Of a stretch of 64,000 bases of DNA, positions 1 through 10,859 are shown piece after piece. The first letter of the stretch is position 1; the number at the start of each line of letters is the position of its first letter. This DNA comes from Eutreptiella sp. 'Long Island Sound 2002' (taxonomy: Eukaryota > Protista > Euglenida). The stretch spans positions 118,048,001-118,112,000 of the forward strand of contig OZ038378.1 of NCBI GenBank assembly GCA_964036045.1, written 5' to 3'. A program made the translations under genes and the position numbers. Under the pieces are notes generated by a model, which saw only the letters and a program-made list of their open reading frames with translations, did not search any database and was not told the origin of the DNA.

Positions 1-20
1 ATAATGGCTGTTGAAAGCGG

Positions 21-1100
21 TCAAGTTGGCCCAACTGCCAACTTCAGCCGATTGTTCCGCTGACAATCCCAATTGATGCAGTAACCCAATCCCCGCCCCC
101 CCCGCGTCGAATGGGCGCCCAAAAAGTCGGGGTCGGCGCCGGCATCCTGTAGAATCTTCTTCGTGAGAGAAGAAATGCGTGCCGGCGACAATGGTTTGAA
201 CGGGCGTGTGACGGCTAAAAATAACGGGACCAGCACAACCATCGAAGAAACTCTCTACTTGGTGACATTAATATATGCAGTGAGCAAAGAAAAGAGACAC
301 ATGTGGTTCAAACCTCGTAAACGTAGAATGCGGTCCCACTTTAAGGTGGGCCAACCCTTTCTACATGTGGGTACAAACTATTGCTAGTCAATGCTTCCCC
401 ACAAATGCACCATGTCAGCGCAATCAAATGATCGGTAAACTTGGAACAATCACAGCACAAGGATGAGACAGGGACGTGGCTGGCAGCGCAAGGACCAATC
501 CAAATGCTGGCCGAGCAAACAGGCCCACAATCATTTTGGGAAAAACAAGTTTTTGACCCGTTTTGTGACCCATTTTTCTCTCCAAAACACCCCATCTTCA
601 AGGCATTTTGGGGTTCCCCACAGGCCAAATTGCATCACCGCTGGCTCAAAATAGGCTAAAAGCAATTGTTTGAGCATCCCAATCAGCCGAGAAACATTTT
701 TGGAAAAAGGTTTTTTTTGCTTTGGGGACCGTACTAGACCCTTTGTCCGCCTTGCCGAGGAACCCTTCTTGACGCACGTTGGCGCAAACCATGCAGGTCA
801 CTACTGCTCTCCAGCTCCACCACAATGATCACTAGTACAAGGGTCTGGGCGTCTCGTTGGGCCAGTTTCAGGAAACGTCAAAAAGTGGGGGGTTGCGAGT
901 GGATTGGGTGCCCTTGGACTTCTGATTTGAGCCTTGCAGCCGCCCGCTTTTGGCTTTTGGGCTAGTGGACACCAACTTCGTACATTCCGAGCAAGCAGTC
1001 AAATAACCACAAGCTACAAAGAAAAATGAATAACCACTAGCATGGTCAAATGGGTTCCACCAAGAATTGCAAATGTGCCATAACCTGAGTTGAAAACCCA
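21..1100 (-). pseudogene. DIRS tyrosine recombinase remnant, interrupted by an insertion at about 420-760
   Basis: Contains FLGAHSTRG (the HxxR box) at about 100-125, LFLAVTRPFKPLS, and QTLVLVIIVVELESSSDLHGL at about 790-850. Confidence 0.75.
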
Positions 1101-1829
1101 GTCTTACATTTACTGCCAGCACCACTGGAATGACCACTGACATGCTGACGATGTGAAGAAGGACCTAAAAGCGCGAGTGCATAGTTGCCGAGAAGCAAGC
1201 GCGTCATCATTCCATTTTGGCCAGCACTCCGTCCGACCGCTTCCGATCCTTTGCGGAATTAGCCATGCCAAAGCCTAGGTGGTGCTCTTCTCAAATTTCA
1301 GCTTTGAGCGAGACTCACCGGTGGCGGCCTAGGGCAGGGGCGCAAAGCCGGGAGTGCCCTCCCAATTTTCCTCCATGTAGGTCCACAAGCGCCTCCCCCG
1401 ACCAAGGAAACGTCTATTTAGGCGTAGACTGGTTCCATCTTTGGCGCATAGCCCCAATGGCACGATCGAATTGGAGAGAATGCAAAGTGGGAACTTTTTG
1501 TATCGCTCAATAAACGTGCCTGCAGTGCGCAAGCATCATCTATGGTGGATATAATGCACCCAACGTGCGCCCTTGAAAGATTGGGGAAGGAATATCCCAT
1601 TTCAAGCCCAACAGCGCAAAACACCCTAAATGCTGCGTCGTATCGGATTATAGACTTTGAATGTTTCTCTAAAAGCGCTTTGAGTGCTGTGTTAGTGTAG
1701 CCTTTCTCCCCGAAAACTTGGTCGATAATGCAACGCAAAGAAGGGAAGTCTTTGGTTTTGGCATGGGCCGATTGAAGCAACCGCCGAATAGCCCCATTCG
1801 GGACGCACACGGGTTTGCATGGTGGATCG

Positions 1830-2080
1830 TAAAGTTGTAGTAGACGAGGCCACCACAGGCACCCCGGCCCAAGTGGCACCACAAGCATGCACCGTAGGTT
1901 GGGGAATAGGCTGAAGCGTTGGAGAAAAAGTCCTATCACGGGCCAAGGGGGGCACGGGTACATGAGAGGCTTGCAAGACAAACCTGTTTTTAAAACGTCT
2001 TGGGCAAAGGCTCCCGGATGTGGGTAGCGCGAGATGAAAAGGGGAAGTTGTGTGTTGGCCGCCGATGCGAAACGTTGATC
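1830..2080 (-). pseudogene. DIRS DNA N6-adenine methyltransferase-like (MT) domain
   Basis: Reads DQRFASAANTQLPLFIS...AQDVL...MYPCPPWPVIGLFLQ, matching the DIRS1 MT consensus DLFAS..N..LP.F.S...DAF...YAFPP..LI..VL. Confidence 0.75.
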
Positions 2081-2199
2081 ACGGGGGACAATCGAAGCAT
2101 GCGCGTGAGTTAGCGAAAATTGTCCTTGTTGAGACGGCACTCATGTGGGTCGTACCCTCGCCTCGAAATCTCGTCCGCGTGATTGGATGCAGAGGGCAC

Positions 2200-2390
2200 C
2201 TAAACTAGAAGGAGCTGGATCCTTTTCGCCCAGCAATGCGCGAAGAACTCGGTAATCACACGGGTGCGTTGCTTGCAGCGTCCTCCCTGATTGGGCAAAT
2301 AATAGTATTGGCATGCGTTGTCAATTAGAAGCTTGACAACGTCGTGCGGTTTGCATAAGGGCAAGAGTTCTAGTGTGGAAGCCTGCAATT
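2200..2390 (-). pseudogene. DIRS RNase H fragment
   Basis: Reads VVKLLIDNACQYYYLPNQGG, matching the DIRS RNase H DN...V.Y.NKQGG motif. Confidence 0.75.
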
Positions 2391-2756
2391 CCTATACGTT
2401 GATGTGAAGAGATGCTTAACTGTAGGAATGTGTGATGGCACGTGTAGACAAGTCAACGGCGCCGAGCTCGTGATCACTTGCGTCCGTCGCTAAGAAGCGT
2501 GTAGGCGGGGTAAGCATGGGCCTGCTACTCCATGAAAGCAGATGGTGTTGACATGCTACACTTGGTGTTTCAAAGTGAGTAGAATGGGCAAAATAGTGTC
2601 AAAACCTTATCGATGGACAAGTAACAAAAACTCAACTAATTCATCAGTGAGCATGCGCACACCCCGGGATCATGCGAGTGAACTCCGTACCTTGCGTAGG
2701 ATGGCACGGGCTGATCGCAAAAAAATGGATTCCCTAGTGATGAGTTTTCCTAAATC

Positions 2757-2960
2757 TTAGCGGTAAGACTTACATTTTTGCTCTGGAATGGAAATCACGC
2801 CCCTTTGGGAATGGATTGCAATTCCCAAAAACTCCCCTAGCTGCGAAGTCGTGAGTTGAGACTTGGCAAAATTAATGACAAAACCTGCATCTCGTACCTT
2901 GTCCGTGGAGGACTTGCATTCACTGAGAGAATGTCCCAAAATCAAAATGTCATCGAAATG
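2757..2960 (-). pseudogene. DIRS reverse transcriptase C-terminal fragment
   Basis: Reads HFDDILI...GFVINFAKSQLTTSQLGEFLG, matching the YxDD motif followed by the DIRS GF.IN..KS.L.P.Q...FLG pattern. Confidence 0.8.
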
Positions 2961-3228
2961 TTTCTTTGGCTACGGGTATGCATTTCCTAAAGTCCGGTCC
3001 GCCGGTCTACCCGGTCTTCCCGTTTCGCGCGGGTTCTTCTGGCAAAATTTCTACTTTCCGCCGGTTTACGCGATTTATGCAGACCGCACTACTTATGCAT
3101 TTCGTGCGGGAACACGGAACACCGGACTGTCGGTACCGCCCGGTCTGATCCGGTCGCTGTACCCATCGCATAAAACCCCCTAAACCGAGCCGTTCAATCA
3201 GTTGGCGCAGTTCATTTCACTTCATAGT

Positions 3229-3300
3229 GTATGTGCCTTTGTGTGTGTGTGTGTGTGTGTGGTGTATGTGTGTTTGTGTGTTTGCACGTGTGTGTTTGTT
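3229..3300. repeat. (GT)n-rich microsatellite
   Basis: Imperfect GT dinucleotide run. Confidence 0.95.
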
Positions 3301-3309
3301 TTCGCCACA

Positions 3310-4960
3310 TAGCAATGCCTTCCATCCCCAGCCAGAGCCGTCGAGGGGTGGCCGCATTTGGGGTCGTTAGCTATGCTTTACGGCGGGAGCTTCCCAACGG
3401 GGCACTTCCCCCCGCGCCATATGACCACGCTTCAACCCTATTGATGGTACTCTGCAAAGCAATCAATGTGCAACGAAACGCCACAAGCTTGGCATTTGTA
3501 CGTCGATGTGCAGCCTCGACAGCACACGCACGTACCTCGCTTGGCACGGATAGGGAGGTGCTTTGCGTGCACCTCAATTTTTCGGGGTGCAAAGATGTAC
3601 CGCATGACAAGCCACTGTCACTTGTGCATGGTTGCCCCCGGCGCACAAAGTTTCAACGCTTTGCACCAGGTAAACGCGTTGGTGGATGCCATGCGCAGCA
3701 ACATGCCAGTGAAGGCCTTCCACCACTTAGGAAACCGCCGCTCCTCCCCATGCTGCAAGCACAGCTGGTTGCACATATCAACCCCCGGTGCAAATTTGGC
3801 TTCCAGCCACGAGGCCTTGTACGTCCATTGCACGCTGGGGGGACCGCTAGCCCCAAATGCTATGTAGTTGGTGGCTACTAGGGGGCACTGAAAAATGGGA
3901 GACCCTCAACGCGGCCTCCCAAGAAATATATTCTCATGATTGGGTGCGCAAGGCCGCAACGGAAAGTTTTAAGGATATGGGAGGGAGTGATAGCAGTCCA
4001 TTTTTTTCTGTGTGCAGATCGGAAAGCGCACGTGCTCATGGCAAGCTGCCAACATTGTAAGGCAGAATCCCCCCGAGCCACAGTGTGCTGTGTCTTCATG
4101 CGGAGCCGTGCTTTTTGCCTTGCTGCCTTTGGCACAACACGTGCAACACACACGGACTTGATAGGGGCTATTGCGATAAGTTCTATATATTTAGGACCAG
4201 TACGGGGCATAGACGAGTGCGTGATTATGGCCTCCATGGGGTCCTCAGTGTCTCATTGTGCGGCATCAACGGGACACGGGACCTAGTTTTGCAATTGACA
4301 CGCAAGGCACCAACTACTGTTTCGGCAGGCACCATGTTGCGGCCAATTTTAGATGAGGCACGGGTTGCTGCAAAGACTTGCACCCGTGCGTCATTAAATA
4401 ATGAGAAGGCAAAGAGCAAGGGGAAGCTAAGCATGGAGTGTGCTGCTGCCATCCATTTCATGCAGAACAGGGGATGGGAAAAGGTAGTTGATGCCTGCCT
4501 ACAACCTCCTAGTGCCAGGCAGCATCAAGTAGCAGCGAAAAGTTGGGAGTCGGTGTGAAACACATGGCGGGAGAGTTTTGCAAGCATGTGTGTGTTCGCT
4601 TGACGTTCTGCATGGTTCTTGGGAGGCGACTTGGGGCGGCTCCGGACACCCAACATAGCCATGGGCGCTGCCCACAATGCGCTGTAGTGGGGCAACTTTT
4701 TGTGGACGCATTTTTCGATCTACCACATGTATTTTTTTTGCAAAGAAGTGGAGAATCTTGTCAAAGTTGTGCTGCTTTGCCATGGATGGAGTCACCGGAG
4801 GCTGAAGCGCATATGTCGCAACATCAGGGGCCTAAGCCTCCTCCGGGGGAGACTAGGGGTGCAAGTGGCTGTGGACAACCACACCACTGATGATAGCCTG
4901 GCGGCGCACGGATGGGATGCGGCCAAAAGGGCACAACATGGGCAAGGGCCCATCAGTGTA
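3310..4960 (+). pseudogene. Transib/RAG1-like DDE transposase, family A copy 1 (frameshifted)
   Basis: Motifs across frames: LYVHCTLGG, LCADRKAHVLMA (second Asp), YGLHGVLSV, KLSMECAAAIHFM, and (M)DGSHRRLKRICRNIRGLSLL...VDNHTTDD (Glu region). Clearly homologous to 11.4-12.07 kb and 25.0-26.4 kb. Confidence 0.65.
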
Positions 4961-5130
4961 CAAAGGTGACCGGCACAAGAAGACGGCTTCTAACCAGGAT
5001 GCAGCACCTTCAGACCCTAGAGCGGCGGTTCTGACGTCGCAAGAGACGGATGTGAGAATACAACACGACCCCGAACTATTGTTGCCCGTGGCCAGGGTGC
5101 ATGCACGGGTGCATTGGGGGGGGGGTTACT

Positions 5131-5910
5131 CCGGGTGTTAGGGCAAAGGAGGTGCTGGACAAGGGTGAAGTTTGTATGAATTTGTATGAATTCATGCCTA
5201 TGGATCAGCTACAGAGTTACCGGGTTTTGCCACCCTTCGTTTTGGGCGCCGGTTGGGCATTATGGATTTGTTTGGGGCGGGACTTTCTCTGGATGATGCG
5301 TACTGACGCTTGGGCATCAATTTTCCCCCTCAAATGCCTCAAAAGCAACCAAAAATACGGCTTTTCCCTCAAAAACCCCCAAAATCGGTTAAATTGGCGC
5401 AAATGTTCGGCGCCCATTCAAACGGTCACTCATCCCCCATTCACAGGGGGAACAAGCATCATGGGGCACTGTGAGCTGCAGGTCACCGACAAGAGTGTTG
5501 CTGCTGGGCAGCGGACCGTCGGTGCCCCGTTCTGTGTCAATATGCGCTTTTGGATATTGGTAAATCACCGCGAGGATCTGAAGGTGGTTGTTGGTGTGTG
5601 TTTGTTCATACGGCTGTCCAATAGCCATGTGACCATGCCGTGTGCGGCTAAGGGTGCTCGTACACTGCGGAATCTAAGAGCTCTGAAGTGGCGGAAGGTG
5701 ATGGGTATTTTGTACCCCACACCCGTGGAGTACCAACCATTGCGCAACCACTGCGCCGGGGTCATCGCCGTGTGCAAGAAGGGGCTTGGTTACTCGAAGG
5801 TGAAGACGGACAGTGGTGGAAACGCCTTGAAGGAGGCATTAGGAGCCGCAAATGACAACACCTCCGACGGCGAAAGTGTGTGTGTACCCTTCATGCAGCG
5901 GTGGTTTGAA
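5131..5910 (+). pseudogene. SET-domain-like remnant, probably split by an intron starting at 5170
   Basis: PGVRAKEVLDKGE (5131-5169, followed by GT) resembles the SET N-terminal G.GVRA..I.KGE motif. LRNHC (5740-5754) resembles NHS. SDGESVCVPFMQRWF resembles GEEL..DY...WF, but the key Tyr is not conserved. Confidence 0.4.
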
Positions 5911-6065
5911 TGGGGGATTCACAGAGGCGCGAATTTGGCAACTTTTTGCCGTGGGTTTCTCCTGCTATTTTCGCCAAAGCAGTGCTACAAAAACTGTGTC
6001 TGGGTTGAAGGTTTTAACTAGGCGCCTATATGCACATATTCGGTGTTGTTTGGTCGAACCCGGTG

Positions 6066-6165
6066 CGAATTCACCTAAATTCACACAAGATTCGCTCGAA
6101 ATTCAAGATTGTGAATTTCGTACGAAATTCGTACAAATTGCGTACAAATTTCGTACCAATTTGTC
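6066..6165. repeat. Cluster of ~11-12-bp (A)AATT(T)CGTAC units with a perfect palindrome
   Basis: AATTTCGTACGAAATT at 6114-6129 is a 16-bp perfect palindrome, flanked by degenerate units. Confidence 0.9.
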
Positions 6166-6216
6166 CCACTTTGCACTCTTTCACTTTCCTACTCAGCTTC
6201 CATCGCCTTTCGTTAT

Positions 6217-6700
6217 TTGATAATGTCGGGAACGCTTTTGCAGCTGGCGTCCGTGCAGTCCAATCTTGATGCTGGTGCTCACATCCTGGCACGGTATGAA
6301 GCCCTCCCGATCGCCCATCACCGAATGGAGGAGGCGATGAACAGCTCCAAGACGCTGGCAATGGAAGAAGTTGTGGCTTGGGCAGCATCCCTGCACCCCG
6401 GCCCTCAGGTAATTCACATTGATTTGCGCACCCCCCGCGCAACTCTTCTTTTGGGGACAAGGCTTGGTGAACGGACTTGTGGAGGGAACTCCGCTTGCAG
6501 GCTCCGTCCTTTCGTTTTTTGCACCTTCTCCCAACCCCTGCCTTCACGGACTAATTGTTCAATGCAATGCGTACCAACCCAGTGGGGAATACCAAGGACG
6601 CCCACGTTTAGGTCTACCCCAGCACTAACGTGGCGCATACGGCCCCCCCGCATTGCAACATTGTGTGCCTTCACGATCTGTGTATCAGTTCACCACCTGC
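6217..6700 (+). pseudogene. Possible Ulp1-like (His-Asp-Cys) cysteine protease remnant
   Basis: Across frames: KTLAMEEVVAW, PCLHGLIVQCNAYQP, HTAPPHCNIVC. Shares LHG[LV][IV]...Y[DQ]...HTAP..CN with 54.1-54.3 kb. Confidence 0.3.
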
Positions 6701-6989
6701 GCATTTCTTTCCCCCCTCTCTTGTCACCTTGCCAATCCCCGTTGGTGGGAGGATTCGGGCATCGCCCCTTTCGGTCACACCATCCAACCAAAGGTTCACA
6801 TCCAAGACGTTACTCACCCCACTTTCTACACCACGACTGCTCTGCAATGGTTCCGGGGATGTGGGACCCAGCTCTGCCCCCCTCTTTATTTTGAGCCGAC
6901 ACCCCCTGCGCACCGAACCCTTTCCCGACCCTCCCCTTGGGGTGAGGTGCGATTCCCCCGTTGACCCCAATAGGCGCCGCCCCTCGCAG

Positions 6990-7640
6990 CCCCCCCTCAA
7001 GTTTGTTGACGGGAACGGCTACATCGTGCTCCGGGGGGTGGTGGGTGCGAAAGATTGTTAGGTGGGGTGGGGGAAGGTCATGAAGGCATGGGGGAATGTG
7101 GACGAAAAGGTGGTGAACAAAGGTTTTGAGCTTCTGCTCAACCCCTGGCTCTCATAGGAGCACGTGAAGCACTCTTCGCTCCCCCGGCGTTGGCAGAGCA
7201 AGGGGAGGGGATGGCGGGGGGGGGGGCTTTTCAAGAAGTTCCAGCCCCCTCCTCATGGAAAGTGTCCTTGAGGTGGGGGATCTCCACCCGATGACGCCGG
7301 GTTGCGTCATGGTGGCGAGTGTCAGGAGTGGCCTTAGCTCCCCAGCACCGACATCGCCACACATCCCGAGGTGATCTTACGGGGGGGACATCTCCGTATG
7401 CCACTTCAGTAGTTTGCTCTGTCTTTCAAAGCAGTACCAAGTCCGGATGCAGGCGGGGACGACCCTCGGGGAGGCGGCCCAGGTGCGCCCGGACAACATT
7501 TAGCTGCCTAGGGGGGACATGCCGTTGGTGGTGGCCACCACCCGGCACCATGGTGTGCCTTCACTCCCGGGTGCCCGGGATGGGCTGCAAGGGGCCCTTT
7601 TCAACTTGTGGACCCCCAACGCCAAGCACCGTCACCACGA
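6990..7640 (+). pseudogene. PhyH-like 2OG-Fe(II) dioxygenase remnant
   Basis: Contains GYIVLRGVV, APQHRHRH (degenerate Q..HxD), FSSLLCLS...VRM, LPRGDMPLVVATTRHHG (distal His) and QGALF. It has in-frame stops and one frameshift. Confidence 0.5.
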
Positions 7641-8174
7641 ACCCAACACAACCCATCTCGATCCCACTCCCCCCCTTGAATCCTTGGCTATTGCTGGTGA
7701 CCTGTCCCTCCGTGACTGCCCTAGCGTTGACCAAGTGCTGTGGTTGGGGAAGGGGGCCAATGGGAGCGTAGGGCTGTGAGAAGACGATGTTGCCCAGGCC
7801 CTCTTTCCAGACGCGCCCGAGGTGCCCTCGTCGGGCATCTGCATGTACCCCTACCACCCCATGAGCTTCTCGCGCTTTACCCCGGCCGACGCCCTCGCGG
7901 TGCTGGAGATGGTCGAGCATTCGGTGGTGTTCTTCGCCGGCATGATCCACCCGTTGGAGGTGACGAAGGACGAGACGGTCCACAAGGGGGGGGCGATCAA
8001 CGTCGCCATGTCCGGCGTTTCCCCCCCTATCCGGCCCAGCACGTCGTGTCACCCGGGGAACACCACCCTAGCGTGGCACAACCCTAAGTGCACGTGTGCC
8101 GGGCTTGGTCCATCGCCTGCCCGTGCAATTGTGAGGTTTGCCCCTTGTGCAATTCTGCTTGTTTGCCCACATTT

Positions 8175-8330
8175 ACAACGAATTCGCAGAAGTTGGTACG
8201 AAATTTGTCCCTACGAGTGTTTGGGGCAAGTGTCTCAGTTTAGAAGTTTGTGTGGGATTTGCACAAAATTCTTCGCAAATTCGTACGAATTTGGTACGAA
8301 TTTCTGCGAATTCGTCGCAAATATGTATCG
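8175..8330. repeat. AATTCGTACGAATT cluster, inverted relative to 6066-6165
   Basis: Perfect palindrome at 8278-8291. TTGGTACGAAATTT (8193-8206) is the reverse complement of AAATTTCGTACCAA (6146-6159). Confidence 0.9.
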
Positions 8331-8659
8331 GTTGCGTTCGGCTGCACCAATGGCCGTTGCATCAGCACTCCCTCTTCCTGGAGTGTTACCCCCAATACTT
8401 TGCCTTTGTCTCTAAGTGCAATCCCCGCATGCTCCCCGGAGGTCCGCCACCACGGGCGCAAGCGGTTCACCCCTCATCATCGGGCGCACGCGACCGGTGA
8501 GGGCGGCGAGCGTGCCGAATGATCCGGGGCTGGGCGGTCCCCAAGGGCGAGGCTTGAGGTAACCGCAGCGACCGCTCTGAGCGGTCCGACCACAGTGCCG
8601 GACATCGGAGCGAAGCAAGCGCCCGTAATGGGGGGGGGGCCGGGCGCCGGGCTGGGCGC

Positions 8660-9530
8660 GAGGTGGTGATCCCCGTGCTGTTGCGTGAGGACTTGGGCAC
8701 CGCCCACCTCGACTCCCCTCTGGCCCAGGTCACCCTGGCCGCTAGACAGCCACAGCCCTCCGGGCAACGCAGTGTCGCGCCCGGCCCCGACGGGGAGGAG
8801 AAGCATGTTTCTGCCGTATGGGAGCTGGCCGTGTACTCCCATGGAGTTCAAGGCCCCCTCCGCATCCCCTTCCCTTGCCCTTTTGGTGAAGGGGCGTTCC
8901 AAGCTGCCCGAGGGGCAAATGCTAGTAAGCATGTTTACCTACCGGCTGGTGAGCGGGCACCGGTGGGAGCACACGGGTGGCGGGGCTGGGGGCGGGGGAG
9001 GGATCTTTGACCGCGGCCATGGTCATTCCGCTGGCCAGGGTCGTGGCGTGTGACAGGCGGAGGGCGGAGTGGGCAGATGTGGTATGGCTGGCCCTGCGCG
9101 TCCATGTGGGCAATGTGGGCGAGGGGGGGGTTAGGGAGGGGAGGGGCGATGTCATTGACTTTGAGGGGGAGGATGTCGACGCCCGCCCCGCCCCCCGCGG
9201 CCTAGGGCGGAAACCCCCTCCCCCCCCAGACACAGCCGCCCCCCCTCCCAAGGCTCCCCGTAAGGGTACCCCCGCAAAGCACGCGGCACATGAGCGGGCC
9301 GGGGGGGATGTGGCTCAGCAGTCACACCCGTGGCAGGTCGGTCGATCTCTGCAGACGAAGCCCTCGGGGACATGGAGCAGCGCGTTGCTGGAGCCCAGGA
9401 AGACAAGCGGGCCGCTGAAGTGTAGCGTGACTCCTTGGTCCGCGACGGCGACAAGTTGACGCACGACAAGGAGCGGCTTACCGCCAAGGTGAATACCTTG
9501 CAGCGGGAGGCGCGGCGGGCGAAGCGGGGC
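8660..9530 (+). pseudogene. Unknown recurring 'ORF-B' family remnant with a coiled-coil segment
   Basis: AHLDSPLAQ...PGPDGEE...AVYSHGV resembles ATIHSALRA...TPPDGEV...TYHAHGV in ORF 52582-53571. A later segment reads LVRDGDKLTHDKERLTAKVNTLQREAR and looks like a coiled coil. Confidence 0.35.
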
Positions 9531-10635
9531 AGGGCTCCCGCGCCGTCGGTAGAGAGGGAGCCTGAGAGCCCGAGGGCAGAGATGGTGGTTGGGGGATGGA
9601 GGGGGGGGGGCAACCCTGCTAGCACCCGGTTCCTCTTGGCCGGGGCGCAGGCGTGGCATGCGCAGACCGAGGCGCCGCACGGACAGATGTCCGCCGTCGC
9701 TACGTGACTGTGCGTGGCACTCCTGCGGACCAAGATGCAAGTGGAGGTTGGGACGGTCGCTCTCGATGTGGGCAGGTTTGAACAAGCCCATGCCCAGCAC
9801 GTGCAGCGGTACCCCCCCTCCCCCACTGCCTCACGGCGGCGGCGTTGGACGCCAATTTCGGGGGGGGGGGGGCAGCAGAGCCCCTAGGGGTCCACCGGGC
9901 TCAGTGCTGCCGGAGGGGGGGGAGTCCTGCCCTTGACCTCGTAACCTCCTTCCCCAAATAAGCTGCAAGAATGTTATTTACATACGACTACCACCGAACC
10001 CCCCCCCCCTCCATTGGCGACCCCCCCATGGTTGGATTGAAGTACATGTGAATAACCCCCCCCCCCCACTTTGCAAAGTTTGCGACGGAGGCATACCGCA
10101 TCAACTCACGTGACAATTGTTTGTTCCTGCTCTTTGGATCAATGTACAATGACACCCTCCCCCCGCCTATCCTTCCTTTTGCCAAGTGACCCAGCATGAG
10201 CAATGCATGTGTTCCCGCGTGTGGGCGATTTGTGATCGATACATACCGCACATATACCGAATACCGCATACAACATCAGTTTTCGCACGCTGCTGTACAT
10301 CACATTGGTTGAGTATGCGTGCCCAACCCAAAATGCTGCTTCACTCATTGTGAAATCTGTCTTAGTGTATTGATGTGCCATTTGTTGCCGTGGGGGTTTG
10401 ACAGCTTATTGGTTGTTGAGGGTCTGCATGTGTCAGGCCGAAACAAGTTTGCTCCGAGTAGAAGAAAAGAAAGACACATCCCATATTCTTCTTGTCCTTG
10501 CGCCGTGTTGTGGGTGTGCCGAGAAATCTGATTAAGCCGTGGTGTACAAGCACGTTGGATTTTCTTGAGGGTGTCACCAATTAACATGTCACATCAGAAA
10601 CAAGCCGTAGGATGTTTCATGTCAAAAAAGGATAA

Positions 10636-10770
10636 ATTCGCGTGAAATTCGTACGAATTTCGTACCAATTTCATATGAATTTCGTGGCCACTGGCTGTGA
10701 CGTGTTCATTCACACCATGGGGAAATATGGTGTATTCGTACCAAATTCGTACGAATTCCGTACAAATTGG
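10636..10770. repeat. Two AATTCGTACGAATT clusters
   Basis: Perfect 14-bp palindromes at 10646-10659 and 10744-10757, with degenerate neighbouring units. Confidence 0.9.
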
Positions 10771-10859
10771 GAACGAATCTAAGGGAATTTGGTCACCTTG
10801 TGCATTGGTATCGTAGGGTATTGCGTAAAATTCTCCCCATTTCCATAGGGTTGCCTCCA

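Larger units (their letters stand above)
1..2962 (-). mobile_element. Decayed DIRS1-like (tyrosine recombinase) retrotransposon, 5'-truncated
   Basis: On the minus strand the domains come in the order RT, RNase H, methyltransferase-like, tyrosine recombinase, which is the DIRS1 arrangement. There are many stops and frameshifts. The RT is cut at about 2962 by unrelated sequence. Confidence 0.85.
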
